Positions 1 through 14,395 of a DNA stretch of 64,000 bases are shown here, piece by piece. This DNA is from Lama glama (taxonomy: Eukaryota), in the NCBI GenBank assembly GCA_028534125.1, contig CM052818.1, positions 4,962,001-5,026,000 of the forward strand. Direction: 5' to 3'. The position numbers and the translations under genes were made by a program. A model generated the notes under the pieces. The model was not told the DNA's origin, did not search any database, and worked only from the letters and a program-made list of their open reading frames with translations. Every line of letters starts with the position of its first letter. Position 1 is the stretch's first letter.

Positions 1-3000
1 GGTAGCCGCTTGCTAAGCAAGAGGATTGTTTGCTGTCATTTTGTGAAAGAAAGAAGACCACAATAACCTTAGGAAAAGATACCAAAGAGAAGATGCTAGT
101 ATTTTCCTGGCAGTTGAGTCCAATGTGGTAAATTCCGGGGCTTCCTCCTCTCTCCTGCTTGGATGTCTCAAGTCAGAGCAAGCTGGCCATAGAACAAGGC
201 AAAGACTGGCTGCTGCCCAGGGCTGGGTGTCCTCAGTACATTCACCCCTCCTGTCGTGGTCTTTATCTAGCCTAACTGGGATTGTTTTTGGCACTCTTAC
301 ATCGTGATGTGATGTTTCAAATGTTTCTCTAACTGAAACATGCAAGGTCTTTCATTTCCTTTCTACCTACTAAGATTATCTGAGCCCCGAACATGCAAAG
401 AAGAGTGTTATGCAAGCAATTAATCATATGGGAGCAAAAGTAGCTACTGAAAAATTGCCAAACACCATAAACATTGGTTAAAATGGAGTCCAGCCATTTG
501 CACAGAGAATAATTGAAGCTATGGATTCACTTGGAGTAACTAAGCAACTTTTCATTATGAATTATAAAGCTTTCCAAACCTCAAATGATATCTGAGAGGA
601 GTGCATTACCTAAAAGGTTTCGATAAGCAATGAAAGGCTCTTTAAAATATGCAGCCAGGATCAATCATCCGGCTGTATATCGTTACTTATACTTTGTGGC
701 GTCACCTACATTCCTTGATAAACAATGTCCCATAACCTCTGAGCATTCCCATTACTTTCGTCAGCACCCAGACATAAGTGACAAAAATGTCAGATGATGT
801 TTTATTTACTAATATAAAACAAGTTCTCGTGGAAGTAGACGTTCTACGACAACGGAGGTTTATGAAGCGCATTTCCCAGCACCAAGAGTGATTCACGGTA
901 TCCAAGAAAGATACCAAGCCTGCTGTTCGTGATGAATTTTAATTGGAATTTTACTCATCACAGGCATGAATTTCTTTCATCTGGGAGATGACATGTCCTG
1001 TTCCCATGGCTGAAGGAGCGTTGAGTCTCCCTAAAAAAAAAAAAAGGTGGGTAGTTAAAACAGACCTTTTGACATACAAAAGGTAGAGAGATCCTGGTGT
1101 CACCTGCTAAAACAAGCACTCGGATGTCTTTTAGCGTCATCATTTTGCAGGGGACATTTGCATCAATTTCATGAGAAAGCAACCCCATTATTCTGACTCA
1201 GAAGGAGGGCAGTTCTGCCTTCCTCTACCCTATGAATGAAAAAAAATGAAATGGGGGTGTCAGCTGGGAAAATAACCTGATGGTAGGGAAGAGTGCCCCA
1301 CTTGAAAGTGGCTGTAGCATTCTACCCCAGACGCAGCAGGATAGGATATTAAGCAGCAGAGGAGAAAGATAATTGACAATTATGAATTCTCTTCCTTTGG
1401 ACAGGAGAGGTCCTAAAAATGTGGTCCATCAGTGTTGATGAATGCTAGGTTGTGGGGAAGGGGAACTAGTGAAAGGGCAAGATAAGTGGAGTTAAAGAGA
1501 ATGAGGTGCATGGCAGCTAGAAAGTTTGAAAAAAAAAAAAGGAAGAAGAAAGGTTGGATATGTGACAACATAGTTTCAGGACCTCATGCCTTTTGCTAAA
1601 AGGAAATCACATACCAACCTTTATGTGATTCAGGAAATATTTTGATTTAGTAAAAAACTAATGCAATGGATGTCAGTCTCATCATGAGGGTAAACTACCT
1701 CTCTTGACTAAGGTGAATAGGGTGCCTGTAGCCATCTCCTTTGGAACTCGGTATGAAAACGTGGATTTGCATCATGGAATCTTGGCCAGCTTGACTTGTG
1801 GAGGTGGTACAAAGCAATCGGTGCTCTAAAGATACACAAATTGATTACTTCAGTTCCTAAACTCAGTTTTCCAGAATAGAGTGAAATATATGGAAATGTA
1901 TTTCAAAAGGCCATCAGTTGCCCGAAAGACCCACGAGGCCCTCACTTAGAAGAGCATCCTACTGTAGTTGCAACTCTCCCTCTCCTGTATCTTTGCCTTG
2001 GGGGTCTGTGGTCCAAGGCACCCAACTGGCTTCTGGTAAAGCAACTGCATTGCATCACTCCCTCTGCTGCCAGGCAACTCTTACAAGCTCACCTCATACA
2101 GTTCTTTGTCCAGACCTAGAGTTTCCTGCTGTAAGTAAAACGGTCAGATCTATTCATGTTTGTTTGTTTGTTTGTTTTCATTCAATAGGAGTTTTTTGAA
2201 TTGTGGCTCTCTTTTTTCCTACTGGCCTGCCATGTGTGTTTTTACACATGCTGTGTAGACACATGGACTTTTCTCTTCTCCTTTCAGGTATGATACACAT
2301 TTACACCCAAAACAATTTTCTACACATGCAAGATCTCAAACAAGTACACAAAAATGCAGTGGGGACGTTTTGCCCTCCTCAAATCCTTTCAAATTGCTTG
2401 AATGACTTTCTTTACATGTTTTCAGCTTACCTAACGGCAAAGCTCACTTCATTCTACACTAGTCTAATTAATTCGACAGGACTGGAAACTTGTCCGTCCT
2501 GTTCACACTTATTATTCTTCTCTTGGAATGCCCCGTAGGGGGGATGAAGCACAAGAAAGCAGTGTTTACCAAATGCCTCAACGCTAAATGCCCTTTAAGG
2601 CTGACTCCGCACAATAGTGGCAGTGAGAAGATCTGACTTTAGGGCAGCCTAAGAAAAATGACATTTTCTAGAACATCGTCTATTTAAACAGGTCTTGAAG
2701 AAGAATACTGTGTTCATTTTTCCCCACAGTTTTTTTTGCAGGGAGCTTTGGGGACTCCAGTTTATTCCTGCTGCATCTAAAATCTTTGCTAAAGAAATGA
2801 CAGAGGTATCAGATTTTGCAAGATAAGCCCTCAGTCGGCATTGGCGAATGTGGAGATAATTCCGGGTTTGTTTAAGGACCGAGAATGTAACCTGAAACAT
2901 ATCAGATATTTTGTGAAGGCGTGGGTGGAAATGCGGAACTGATCAATGTCACCAGGAAGAAAGGCTTTTCCCTTCCGGTTAACTTTCCAAGTTTTCTCGG

Positions 3001-5122
3001 AGAGCAAACTTTTGATAGGGGGCAAAGATTCTTACAAGGTTGGTACAGGTGGGGAATTCAAAAAAGAAGAGTGCATTTATCTGCATACATTATTTAAATA
3101 CCTTAAGCATTCCTCTGCTTTAATGATAAATTACGTCAGTAAAATATGTTGGCTGCCTTCAAGCTAACTAATGGATCGCTAATCAGCAACAGGCAGATCA
3201 TCCTAGCTTAGGTGGAATAAATACTTCCAAGAAAGCTGCAGCTAATTTTAATGGTTTAAGCCTGTAAAGATGCTTGCGTTTACATGTGTGTTCTAGTGCT
3301 ACGGACGTGTGTATGGCTGTGCGCATGCGCAGACATAAGTGCTCGTGCACGTGTTAAAAACCTGCTCCTATCACGTTCTTGTCCACCCAGCAGGACTCTC
3401 TTCTCCTTGGTATGTCCCACAAGAAAGATTTTCCTGCACCTAATTAGTCCTTAAAGACATCAGCCGATAGATCTCACTGTTTGGCAATACATTTTTAATT
3501 GTTTGTTTTACTCAAGCACCGTTTGAACACAAGTTAATTTGCAGTTTCATTAGAGAACAGAAAAGGCCTGAGGTCTAGTCCTCTGTGGTTTTTAAATTTT
3601 TGTTTTAAAGAAAAGGATAAAAAGCCGGCAAAATTTCATCAGAGATGTTAATTCTCTGATTAATTTTATGTATCAAGCAAGAATTAATGCATCCTGCTAT
3701 TTGAGGAGAAGTCTTGCCAAGAAGAGTGTTTTGTCATACCTTCCCCTCCAGATAAACCTCTTTACAAGCCTCGTGGCCAAATTCCCTGGCAACAAATGAC
3801 GAGCTTTGAAACAACATTCACAGACCATTTGCTTTGATGACTTTTGGAGGCTTTTTTCTCCCCCTCATTCCAATTCTATTGTGAGGAGAGTACACATGCC
3901 AGGCAGCCTTTGAAAACTAATCAATACAGTAAGAATTGTCAGGGTGCAGCTGACTAATATCACATCTTTAAACTCTTTTTTTTTTTCTTTGCTGACTCGT
4001 ACACATTTTTAAGTTAAACCTTATGAAGGCAGTTGGGTGGATTACCCTTAACCACATTCGCCGGCACACTGGTGTGCCCCAGCTCTTTCTTCCATATTTT
4101 AACATCAAAAGCTCATAATCTATGTAAGTTAACCTTCCATAAAACTAAAATTATATGGTCATCATCCATAATCTGATGATTGATTACTGCTGCCAAAAAG
4201 GTCACAAATTGTGACTGTTTACAACAGTGGCACCATGAAAATTATTACGTACCTTAAAAAAATTCATCCAGAGACAAGAGACGGCTCCCATTCATAGGTT
4301 GCAGAACTAAAGCATATACGTTTTCTCTGTGACTTTTCGCTCTCTTAAAATCGATGTTAAAACCCTTAGGTCTGATTTTTCATTTCAATGTCTTTGTGTA
4401 ATGCGCCTCAACCATACCTCATCTAATTTAATAAGATGCAAGCTAAGGAAGTACTTAAGTTACTTATCAAGGGTTTCAGATGACACATTATTATTGTATT
4501 CAAAAGTCAATATTTGCTAATCATGTTAGTACAGGAACTGTTCCAGGCCTACAATTCTTAAATTGCAGAGATTTTTAAGATTAATTAAACCTATCTCCCC
4601 TGGTCCTCTCGCTCCACCTCTGTGGAAGGAGTAAATCAATGACATCCCAAGCAAGTCCAGGGAACCAGAGTTTCCAGCCTGACAGCCACGAACATCTTTA
4701 AGCCTCTGTTTGCATCAGGGCCCCGGAGTTGAGCTTTGCCATTTCTCCACGGTTTCAGGAAGAGTTGCATGTTTTGAAAGCAAAGTTCACCAGTTCGCTT
4801 GACGGAATTAGAGAGGTCTGACCATTCTCGAACCTGCAACATGGACTTCAATATTTTTTTTAAGTCAGGAGAATGCTGAAATAACACATGGCCTGATTTC
4901 TTTTTATCTTTTTATATGACAACTTGTGGATAAATCGGTGGCAAATAAAGCTGAAAGGTCACGTCCCCTTTCTCAAGCCAGACATAATGAGAGCAGGTGA
5001 CTGGGTCCGCATCCTTCAAGGGGTTACGCTTGTACCGTGCGATTCCAGTGAACCCCTGACCTCTCAGTTATCCCCTGGGGCCGAAACAGCCAACTGTTCA
5101 AAAGTCAAGGTTCCCTTTACTT

Positions 5123-5534
5123 TTTTTTTTAATTTATTTATTTTTTGAGTTGAGTTATAGTTGATTCACAATGTTGTGTTAGTTTCTGATGTACAGCATA
5201 GTGATTCAGTTATACATTTGTGTATATTCTTTTCACTGTAGGTTATTATAAGATATTGAATATAATTCCCTGGGCTATACAGTAGGTCCTTGTTGTTTAT
5301 CTATTTTATATACAGTAGTGTGTATCTGCTAATCCCGAACTCCTAGTTCATCCCTCCCTTACCCCTTTTCCCCTGGTAACCATAAATCTGTTCTCTATGT
5401 CTGTGAGTCTGTTTCTGTTTTGCAAATATGTTCGTTTGCATCATCTTTTAGATTCCACACATAGTGATATCATATGGTATGTGTCTTTCTCTGTCTGACT
5501 TACTTCGCTTAGTATGATCATCTCTAGGTCCATC
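5123..5534 (-). mobile_element. 5'-truncated L1 3' end with poly(A) and 10-bp TSD
   Basis: Poly-T followed by typical reverse L1 3'UTR; ccctttactt duplicated at 5113-5122 and 5535-5544. Confidence 0.9.
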
Positions 5535-6799
5535 CCCTTTACTTCTAGACCGTAAACCCATTGCATCAGAACCATTTCTAATCCAACATTATGTAAAGAG
5601 CCCAGAACTGGGCTGAGATTAGTGCTAAATAAAAGTTTGAAGTCTTATTAACATGCATTGACCAGGAGAAAACCGGACAACGCAGTACTTCAGTGATGAC
5701 TTACAGTACTTGCTAGTTCAGTTCCCTCGGGGAGAGAGTCTATTGCATTAACCCCACATGCCACCCAGGATATATTTACAGGTAGTTAGTGAAAACAGTA
5801 ATGCTATGCAAACTGAATATCTGGAACATGGATCAATAGAGACCAGCTAATTAGGTTATAAATGCATTGATTTTATTTTGAATATGTCCTCAAACTGAGT
5901 CGGCAAGTAAGCATTCTGAAATGGGGCTCTTATCCTGAGAGGAGCGACAATCAGATTATTCTCTGCCGCTCTCCAATCAATCCTGAGGAGTTAGGTAAAA
6001 TACTCTGATGCATATTCTATATAATCAGACTGACACATCCTATTAATATTCCAATTACTGTTGAACTATTAGCAGTGCCTGAATCTGGTGTCTTAGAGCC
6101 TTCCAGCAGTGATCCGGGAACCTAGTGTCATCTTTTGTATTCATTCATTCAGTTTCAAATGAGACAATTTTCCCTTTAAAGCATTTTTATTAAACGTTAT
6201 TTTATGCATGGATTTAACATCCTAATTGATTTAGGTGGACTCTCGGAATGAGTTGCTAACTCCTTTTGTTCTTTTCTTCACTGAAAGAGGTCAGCAGCCT
6301 TGATCTTATTTATAAATTTAAATGCCAAATTCTAGCACAGGGAGTTATTATTGAAATAATAGTCACTCATGTTCATAAAAAGTCTCTTTCACACTGTAAA
6401 AACCAGGAATCCAGTAATTTAATAAACTAGTCTAGAGTAAGGATAAGCCAGAATTATCAACCTCATCTTAGAACACATAAAAAATCATAGAATCATGGCT
6501 ATGAAAGTGGTTTTGGAAAAAGCAATGAGATGTTTCAACTCTTCTGAATATTTTCGGAGCCTAAAATTTGCTTCTTGTTTTGAAAATCATGGAGGAATAT
6601 ATCCAGCATCACAGATGAAATACAGTTCCATCAGCTAAATACAAACTACTAGTTGAAAACGTCAAACTTGCCATCCCATTCATATATGTCTCATCAGCCT
6701 TTTAAGAGGTTGGCTTTATCTTAAATTGAATTCAGTTAAAAGGGTCTGTGTGAAGATACAGTTTAGATCCCCTCTACTATCTTGTGTCATGTAGCTGCT

Positions 6800-8330
6800 G
6801 CTGACCAGGAATAGTATGTCTATGGTGTTCAATGCCGGTGCCTTGGCACAGCTTGTGGGGAGTGGAGCCAGAAAGAGGTGGATGGATCTGAGAGATATTT
6901 TGGGGTCAAGTCTAAAAGATTGGTGAACTAAACTTGGGATAAAAGTAAAACAGGAATCAAGGAGGATACTAGACTTATAGCTTGAGAAATTGGATGGCTG
7001 TTTCCAAAGATGGCAAATATTAGGGAAAATGTGGCTGAGTTTTAGGGGTGTTGGTGTCATAAAGTGTTCTTGTTCATGGTAAGTTTGAGACGCCCAAGTA
7101 GAGATGGCGAGGGTGCGGTTGGACATTTAAATCTGAAGCTCAGAAGCATGGTTTTGCCTAACTATGTCAACTTGAACATTTTCAGCATATAGAGAGATGG
7201 CGTTGAAAGCTCTGAAAATGAATGAGCTCACCCTCGGTAGAAAGAAAAGAGGGACTAAATTGGAACCCTGCAGAACCAACATTTCAATGATGGGTGGCAG
7301 TAAGGGGCCTTTTGTGTAGGGCTCAGAGGTGGCACTCCAGAAGCCTTGACCAGGTGATCCAACATGAGACGTCAAAGGCATTTTTTCCTTGTACCCCAAT
7401 AAATTGGGCCAAATTAATAAGATATTTGTGAAGGCTGGCTTTATTGTTCTTGTTTTTTTTTAATCAAACTTTTAATATAAAAAGCTAAGCAATTGATTTG
7501 AAAATGAGTATAGTAAAAGGGAAAGAAAAGAAAAAGAGGCCCAGGGACATGCTAACCACATTCCCGAATGAGGGCCTTTGTCGTTGCTATTGGTTTGGTT
7601 TGGGACGCTTGACCAGCAAAGAGCCATCTGGCTCACTCCCTCGTGTTCTTCTGGTGTCTGTGCCAATGTCACCCATTCAGTGAGGACCTCCCTGACCGCC
7701 TTTTCTAAAACAGTAACACCAAACCCATCTTTAGCCCTCTCACCCTTCCTCTGCATTATTTTTCTCCATAGAACTTATCACCATGTGATGTATGTTTACA
7801 TATTCAATTGCCTATTTTCTGCCTCCTCTCGCTCAAACATAAGCCCTACAAGGGCAAGCATTTTGGCTCGTGTCACTACTGTGACCGTAACACCCCTTCC
7901 AACCCTGCCAAATACTTGACATGTAGTCAGTGTGCAATAGATTTTTTTAAACAAATAAATGAAAGAAGGACCCAGCAAAGGAGATAAAAGGGAACAGCCA
8001 AAGAAGCAGGAAGGAAAGCTGGAGGTATCACAGAAGCTCAAAGAAAAAAGGGTTTGAAAATGGAGAACAGTTGGTCCAAGAGGTTGAGGCTGCCGAAGGG
8101 TCCTGGAATATAACAGAGCAAGAAGGTTTGGCCTCGTGGGAGTGAATGCTGATATTTAAGAGAGGAGTTTGGGTGTAGTAATGGGGGCGGGAGGAAGCTG
8201 AGGGTTGAGGAGGGACGAGGAGGTAAGGAAGTAGAAATAAAGTCAGTAGGTAACCAGACTGAAAAGTTTCGCTGCGAAGGAAGGTACTGAGGTCAGACAG
8301 TTAAGAAAGTGGATCATGAGACTGACAGAG
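6800..8330. mobile_element. L2 LINE fragments (nested, both orientations)
   Basis: L2-like phrases such as gtggatggatctgagagatattttggggt and gagacgcccaagtagagatg, plus an L2a-like 3' end at about 7670-7960. Confidence 0.6.
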
Positions 8331-8384
8331 GGTGCATTCATGATTTCTGCTTTGGGTTTTTAAAGTGGTGGGTTGGTTGGTTGT

Positions 8385-9260
8385 CTCCTGATGCAATGAT
8401 GCTGTTTAACCAACAGCTATGAAACCTTAGTGGCATTTGACAACACACATTGGTTTTGCTTCTCTGCCTGGAGCTGTTAGGTAGCGGGGCAGCTTTATGT
8501 CTGGATCTGGGCTGGTGGTTGGCTGGTCTGGGCCGGCCTCAGCTGGGGCGACTCAAAAATGCTCCAGATGTCTCTCATCCTCCAGCAGGCGAGTCTAGGC
8601 ATGTTCTCATCGTGATGGCTGAGGCTCAACACGGCAATGGAAACAGGCATGTCCCCTTGAGCCCAAGTTCAGACCAGGCACACTTCATTTCCCCTCCATT
8701 CTGTTGACTACAGCAAGTCCAGAGGCCAGCTAGATTCCAAGGAGGCAGGCAGGTGTATTGCTGTGAAACAAACTGCGCCAAAACTTAGCCAAAACGTAAA
8801 ATAACCATTTTATTGGCCTTACAGTTTCTCTGGTTCAGGAATTCAGACAGGGTCCAGCAGAGGGGTTGGCTCGCCTCTGCTCCATCTTGACTGGTGCCAC
8901 AGTTGGTAAAGATGCAAAGGCCAGGGGCTGAAATCACATGACGGCATCCTGACTTACATTTGACAGTGATGTTGGTTGTCAACTCGGACTGCAGCCGGAG
9001 CTGTTGGCTGGAACCAGCAGTGACTTTCTCCATGTAGGCGAGGCTCCCTCACAGCCGGACAGAATAATTGGATTTCTGACTTGGCAGTTCAGAGCTCTGA
9101 AGTCTGCTTCCCAGTGTACAAGGCGTAAGCTGTGTCTCCTTTTATCACCGAGCCTCAGAAGTCATGCACTGTCACTTCTGACACATTCAATTGGTCACAA
9201 ACCAATTCTCAAGCCTTCCCAGTTCAAGGAGAGAGGAATTATACTCCACTGCTTAACCTG
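8385..9260 (-). mobile_element. MLT1-type (ERVL-MaLR) LTR relics, probably two adjacent
   Basis: Typical MLT motifs: aaacttagtggc, acagtttctctggttcaggaattcagacaggg, cacttctgacacattcaattggtcaca. Confidence 0.6.
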
Positions 9261-10329
9261 TCCACTCATTCTACCTGAGAGCAGCTGACATAGACTAGAA
9301 GGCTCTTTACCCTAATAGGAAAGAAAAAAATATTTTTAACACGAGACCTGGAGCCTCAGAAAAAAGAGTTTGTCCAAACTGACTCCACCTAGTTGATTTT
9401 GAGGTTAAGTCCCTGAAGATCTGGGGGCGTGGCTACTATGGAACTTTACATTTAAAAGCCACAACAAAGAAAATATAAATGCTGAGTCCCAACAAGTGTG
9501 TATTATAGGGGCTGGTTCTAGATGTTTGACTCAGTGATACCCAGGACCTTCTCCTGAGGCATTTCTAGAGTGGCTTTGGTGTCCAGAAATTCCAGTGTAA
9601 CAGTGTCTCACAGACCATACTGACTGCAGATTAATTTTGTAAAAACCTATAAGATGTTGCATGTCTTTGCAGTTATTTGATTATTTAATTTAATTTCAGC
9701 CGCAGAGAGTTGTATGGGATTTCTCTGATTATTTTATTTGTCATATTTCCTTACAACATGCCATGATTTCAACAAATCACATTTTGGATATGCTGACCCT
9801 AAGCAACTGGGGAATAAATGAAGCTTTTAAGTGAAGTTTGCCTTTTCTTGTGGGTTTTCTGGACTAAAACACTGAAAATAAATTGACATCTGTTGTCAAT
9901 TTGTACTTTAAATTTGTGTTCTCTGAAACTGTGTACAACTATTTACAATAACCACATACAATGCATGTATATTATATGTTGCCATACAAAATATCCAAAA
10001 ACAAATGGCTGATTTTTAAAAGAGAAAGTGTCAATTCTTTTGTATTACCTACTGGTGATAAATGAAAAAAACTGATGCCAAGTTATTGACAAAATATACT
10101 ATTTGAAGAAGATGGGATTTTTTCGTAAGTAGAAGAGGAGTGTTTGTGTAAATATCATCAAATAGTATCAAGATTTATACATATTTTTTTAAATACAAAA
10201 GGAGCGTATTAGTTTATGCTGCCATTGACAGCAGCAGGCCACACAGAGGAGAGGTGCCTGTGTGACCCTAAAGTACTTTGTAGTTTAAACAATTGTTGAG
10301 TGAGTCTCTGTGTAGCCCTCTGTGGTACG

Positions 10330-10445
10330 TAAGGCAGGTACTATTGTTTTCTATTCATTTTACGGATGTGAAAACTGAGGGTTAGAATATTTAAATGACC
10401 TAGTTTCATAAAGTAAGAAAACGGTGGAACTAGCATCTGATCCCT
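10330..10445 (-). mobile_element. MIR SINE
   Basis: MIR core cattttacggatgtgaaaactgaggg. Confidence 0.7.
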
Positions 10446-10849
10446 GTTCCTGTTGTTCCCCACTAAATGGATCACGTGTGTTTATTAACATACGCCTGAA
10501 TGTGCACAAGGTCACATACATGTGTGCAATCATAGAGGTCAATTTTATGTAATCCACAATCACATAGCTAATTGTGTATATGTCTATAGAAATGAATATA
10601 CGAGTAATTCGTTGGATTTTAAGCAAAATCACTCACATATTTTGAATAGAAACAAATGGATCCTTACACCTATTTTCCCATCTCCCTATCAAACTTCCAT
10701 TTGGTATCTGAAAATATGTTTGCAGCCAGTACATGCATTGATAAAAAAAATCGAAAAGAGGATAGCTACTAAAGATGCCTTTTGATTTTTGATGGTTGAG
10801 CAAACATAGAACCCTAGTGTTTAAACTTGGCATTTTACCCAGTCTCTTT

Positions 10850-12300
10850 GAGGGTAAGGGGATTCAGCAGTTAAAATTCCATGAAAATGTATGAGGAGGA
10901 GCTGGGACTGAGAAAACAGTGTTTACACATAATCCACCCTTGACCTCGACAAAGCTTTTGATAAAGTGCAACGTGGAAGACTTGTTCATAGACTCAAGGG
11001 TAAAGAATTTAGGGGAAGAAAAAAAGAAAAAAAAATGGTCAGGAGTTTACAAGAAAGCACATGTGTGTAAGTGAAAAGGAGATGATGGATGTAGGGAGGG
11101 TCTCCAGGATTAGTTACTTGTAATACAGATCCAGGAGGAGGCAAAGAGGAAAGAGAGTCAAAAAGATCAAATTATAAAATTCTAATTACAAAAATTATAA
11201 AATTATAAAATTATAAAAGCTCAGGCCTAAATCCACAAAAACATGTGTGTGTGTGTGTGTGCGCACATGTGTGTGTATATATATACATTTATATATATAT
11301 TTATATATACATTTATATAAGATATGTATTTATATAAATAAATATATAACATAAATATATATTATATTTATATATAATGTCATATTTGTATATAATATAC
11401 ATATATATTTTTTAACCCAAAGAATCTTGCTATCTGAGGAATAAAACTTTATAAAAAAGGAGTTCTGGTATTGATCAGTGTCTCAGAACCACAACAGAGT
11501 CTCATGTACCTTTGACTCACTGTACCTCCAGGATTCTAAGAAGCCTCTCTTTGTTTGGCAAAGAACAAAGGAAGTTTTAGTAACAGTCTTTATGCAGAAA
11601 AACACATTAAATGTTCGTGGTAAATTTAGGACATATTCTGGTTGCAGAAATGTGAACATGTATGCGTGGTGGGAGGGGTAGTCCATTTTTAAAATCAAGG
11701 AAATAGGTAAATATTTGGCTTGAACCACTTAGATGAAGAGAAAGATGTATTTAGTGGGTAGCACTCACATGATAACAAGGTTTAACAAAGAGCAGAACTC
11801 TCCGTGAGGTACAGTTAAACAAGAAGTTCAATAATCTAGCATACAAATGCAAACAATCACAGGCTGCCTGTGTGCAGAGCATGGGTCAGAAGAAATTACG
11901 CCAGCATCATTGAAGGGAAAAGTCATGTGGTGCTCAATTCTGGCTGACTTACTGCAAATAGGATATCAGAGAAAATGAGAAGTTTATGGCAGAAGGTAGA
12001 TGAAGTTATTCGGTGATTCAAGGAAATTACTTATGGAAGAAAGACACAAAAGCTGGGTGTGCCTGCGATGACCTCATTGAGGGATGTGAGGATGACGGGC
12101 TTGGCAAGGGTGGATTCCATGAAGGGATCAGTGTTCATCACAACTAAAAAGAGAAGCCTCAGATCCCCAAGAGAGCCAAGCATGGGCAAAACTGAACTGA
12201 TATCTCACGTCTGTTCCCTGGTATTAGTTAATACTGGAAAGAAAGAGTTCTGAGAAGTGATTACGTTGGATGCCAATGGTCCAAGTAGGGGCTTGATTAA
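10850..12300 (+). mobile_element. Ancient CR1/L3 LINE reverse-transcriptase remnant, interrupted by simple repeats
   Basis: 10939-11016 translates LDLDKAFDKVQRGRLVHRLKGKEFRG, matching the non-LTR RT motif LDFxKAFDKVxHxxLxxKL; a CR1-like C-terminal YEERL-type segment follows near 11960-12060. Confidence 0.6.
11170..11410. repeat. (AAATTATA)n, (TG)n and AT-rich low-complexity tract
   Basis: Directly visible. Confidence 0.9.
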
Positions 12301-12481
12301 GAATTCAGAGGGAGAAAAATAAACTCTTTCGAAGGCGCATCTTTTAAAATTGTACTGTATCTAGACGTTTGCTGACCCTCAATGAACACTTTACTTAGGG
12401 AGGAAAAAAAAATGCACATCTGTGTTGTCTGAAACTGGCATGTGAATGCAGGCTCTAAGTAGATTTTAATCTCTAAGTTTT

Positions 12482-12565
12482 TTTTTCTTTCTTTTTTTTG
12501 AAGTCTAGTCAGTTTACAATGTTGTGTCAATTTCTGGTGTGCAGCATAATGTTTCAGTCATACCG
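12482..12565 (-). mobile_element. 84-bp L1 3' tail with 12-bp TSD
   Basis: tctctaagtttt at 12470-12481 and 12566-12577; target reads TT|AAAA on the minus strand, the L1 endonuclease consensus. Confidence 0.9.
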
Positions 12566-13189
12566 TCTCTAAGTTTTAATATCAGGCAAGTTATTGTTCT
12601 TTGTTTATCCTTGGGATTAAATGAAATAACGAGGCCTAAGTCGTTTGTTACGGCTGCTGTTCAGACACCACGGTTCGGCTGTTACACACCTGTCTTTACG
12701 ACTCTCAAAATCAGCCCCAACATCACCTTTGAGCTGAGACCTGTGTGAGACCCCTGAGGTGTCAGCTCCTTCTCTTACTTAAGTCGTTTGCATCTGGATC
12801 ACAGTGATTTCAGCTTTGAGGGAAGGAGAACAGAAGGGGAAAAAGTGCTCACACTTTGCAAATTCAGAACAAAAATGAACAATAGTCAAAGGAAACACTC
12901 ATTTGATGCAAAACGTTGAACAGGACATCTCTTCACAATATGTCTACACTATCCTTCAAGAAGGATTTCTTGCATTCAAGAAGCCGATTTGGATTCTATT
13001 AAAAAGAACCCTCAAGAAAGCCCAGAATTTACCTGGAAAATAACTAATGAACCCTGAGTGCTCTTAAGCCTTACCATTCTGTAATCGCAGGTAAGGTCAC
13101 ATTATCAGAAATGGCCATTATTCCTGGAAAGGCTAGAAAGATTTTACTTAAACAAGGTTACACCCAGAACCCTCAAGGAGAGGAATGCA

Positions 13190-13830
13190 TATTCTATTTC
13201 CTAAAATTTTAAATTTTTATATAACCAAAGGCAATATTAACAGAGTTGAGAGAAAAATAATAAAATTCTAAAATACAGTTTAAACCTACATAAAAAGTTG
13301 GTATCTTAATATAAGGGCTACTGTCTTAAGATACAGAAGCTCTTGAAAGTCAAAAAAGAAAAGAGTGGTAACTGGGGGAGAAAACGGACAAGTGATGGGG
13401 AGGAAACAGATGTTCAACTCCTGATCAGAGCAATGCAAAATGAAATAACAAAGCAGTGTTTTGCCTCTCGCCGTAATCAGGTGTTAGTGATCTGAACTGA
13501 GCAGGGTGTGGGGGAAATGAACTTTCTTAAATGAGAGATGAGATTTTTAAATTAGAGTATTTCTAGACGGCAATTTAGTAAGATAAATACAAATTTTAAA
13601 TATATACACTTTGCCTTACCAATTCCATTCTTAGGAATATGTTCCAAGGAAATAATTGGACAAGCACACAAAGATTGTGTGTACATATGTAGGAAGTTTA
13701 TAATGAAATAATACAGAAAAGTTGAAAATACCTTTAATGTTTACCAGTGAAGTGTGGTTAAATGAAGCATGGTAGAGTTATAAAATGGAATACTATAAAG
13801 GCATCAAAAGGATAAAGTGATTATTATGTA
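13190..13830 (+). mobile_element. Old L1 (L1M-type) 3' ORF2/UTR fragment
   Basis: A-rich; degenerate L1 motifs caattccattcttaggaatat and tggttaaatgaagcatggta...aatggaatactat. Confidence 0.6.
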
Positions 13831-14395
13831 GAATGCAAGAATGGCTGAACACTAGGAAACTGAGTAGTTGTTCTGAGAAAGATACTATTAGAAATTCCAT
13901 TTTATAGAGAAGCATATTGAGCATCAGAGAGGCCATGTAAATTTCCCAAGGTCCGTATAGCAAATAAAGCAAGAGAGCTTGGATTCCCACCAGGTGGTCT
14001 GACTTGAGAATGTCCGTGTTCATAGACACAGGGCAGTAAGAATTTGAGGTTCAACTGACTGGCATCTGTTTACTGAGCATCTATGTGTGTGTCACACACC
14101 AAGCAAGCCCTGCCCTTGGGAAAGATAATCATTTCTTAGATGTGTGTATACAGGGTAAGTGTATTTAAAAATATATGTATATATGGAAATAGCTTTCCTT
14201 TTTATTTACTCTATAAGCATTTATTGAGCACTTACTTATGCCAGATGTTATGTTAGATGCTGGGATGCGACAATAAACAAGAAAGGGAGGTCTGCACTCC
14301 CAGAGCTTAGAGGAGGAGACAGTGAATTCCTGAGGATCACAAGTGTAACTGACTACATGTATGTATTCAAAGAGAAGCTCTGCGTTTTCTGGGGA

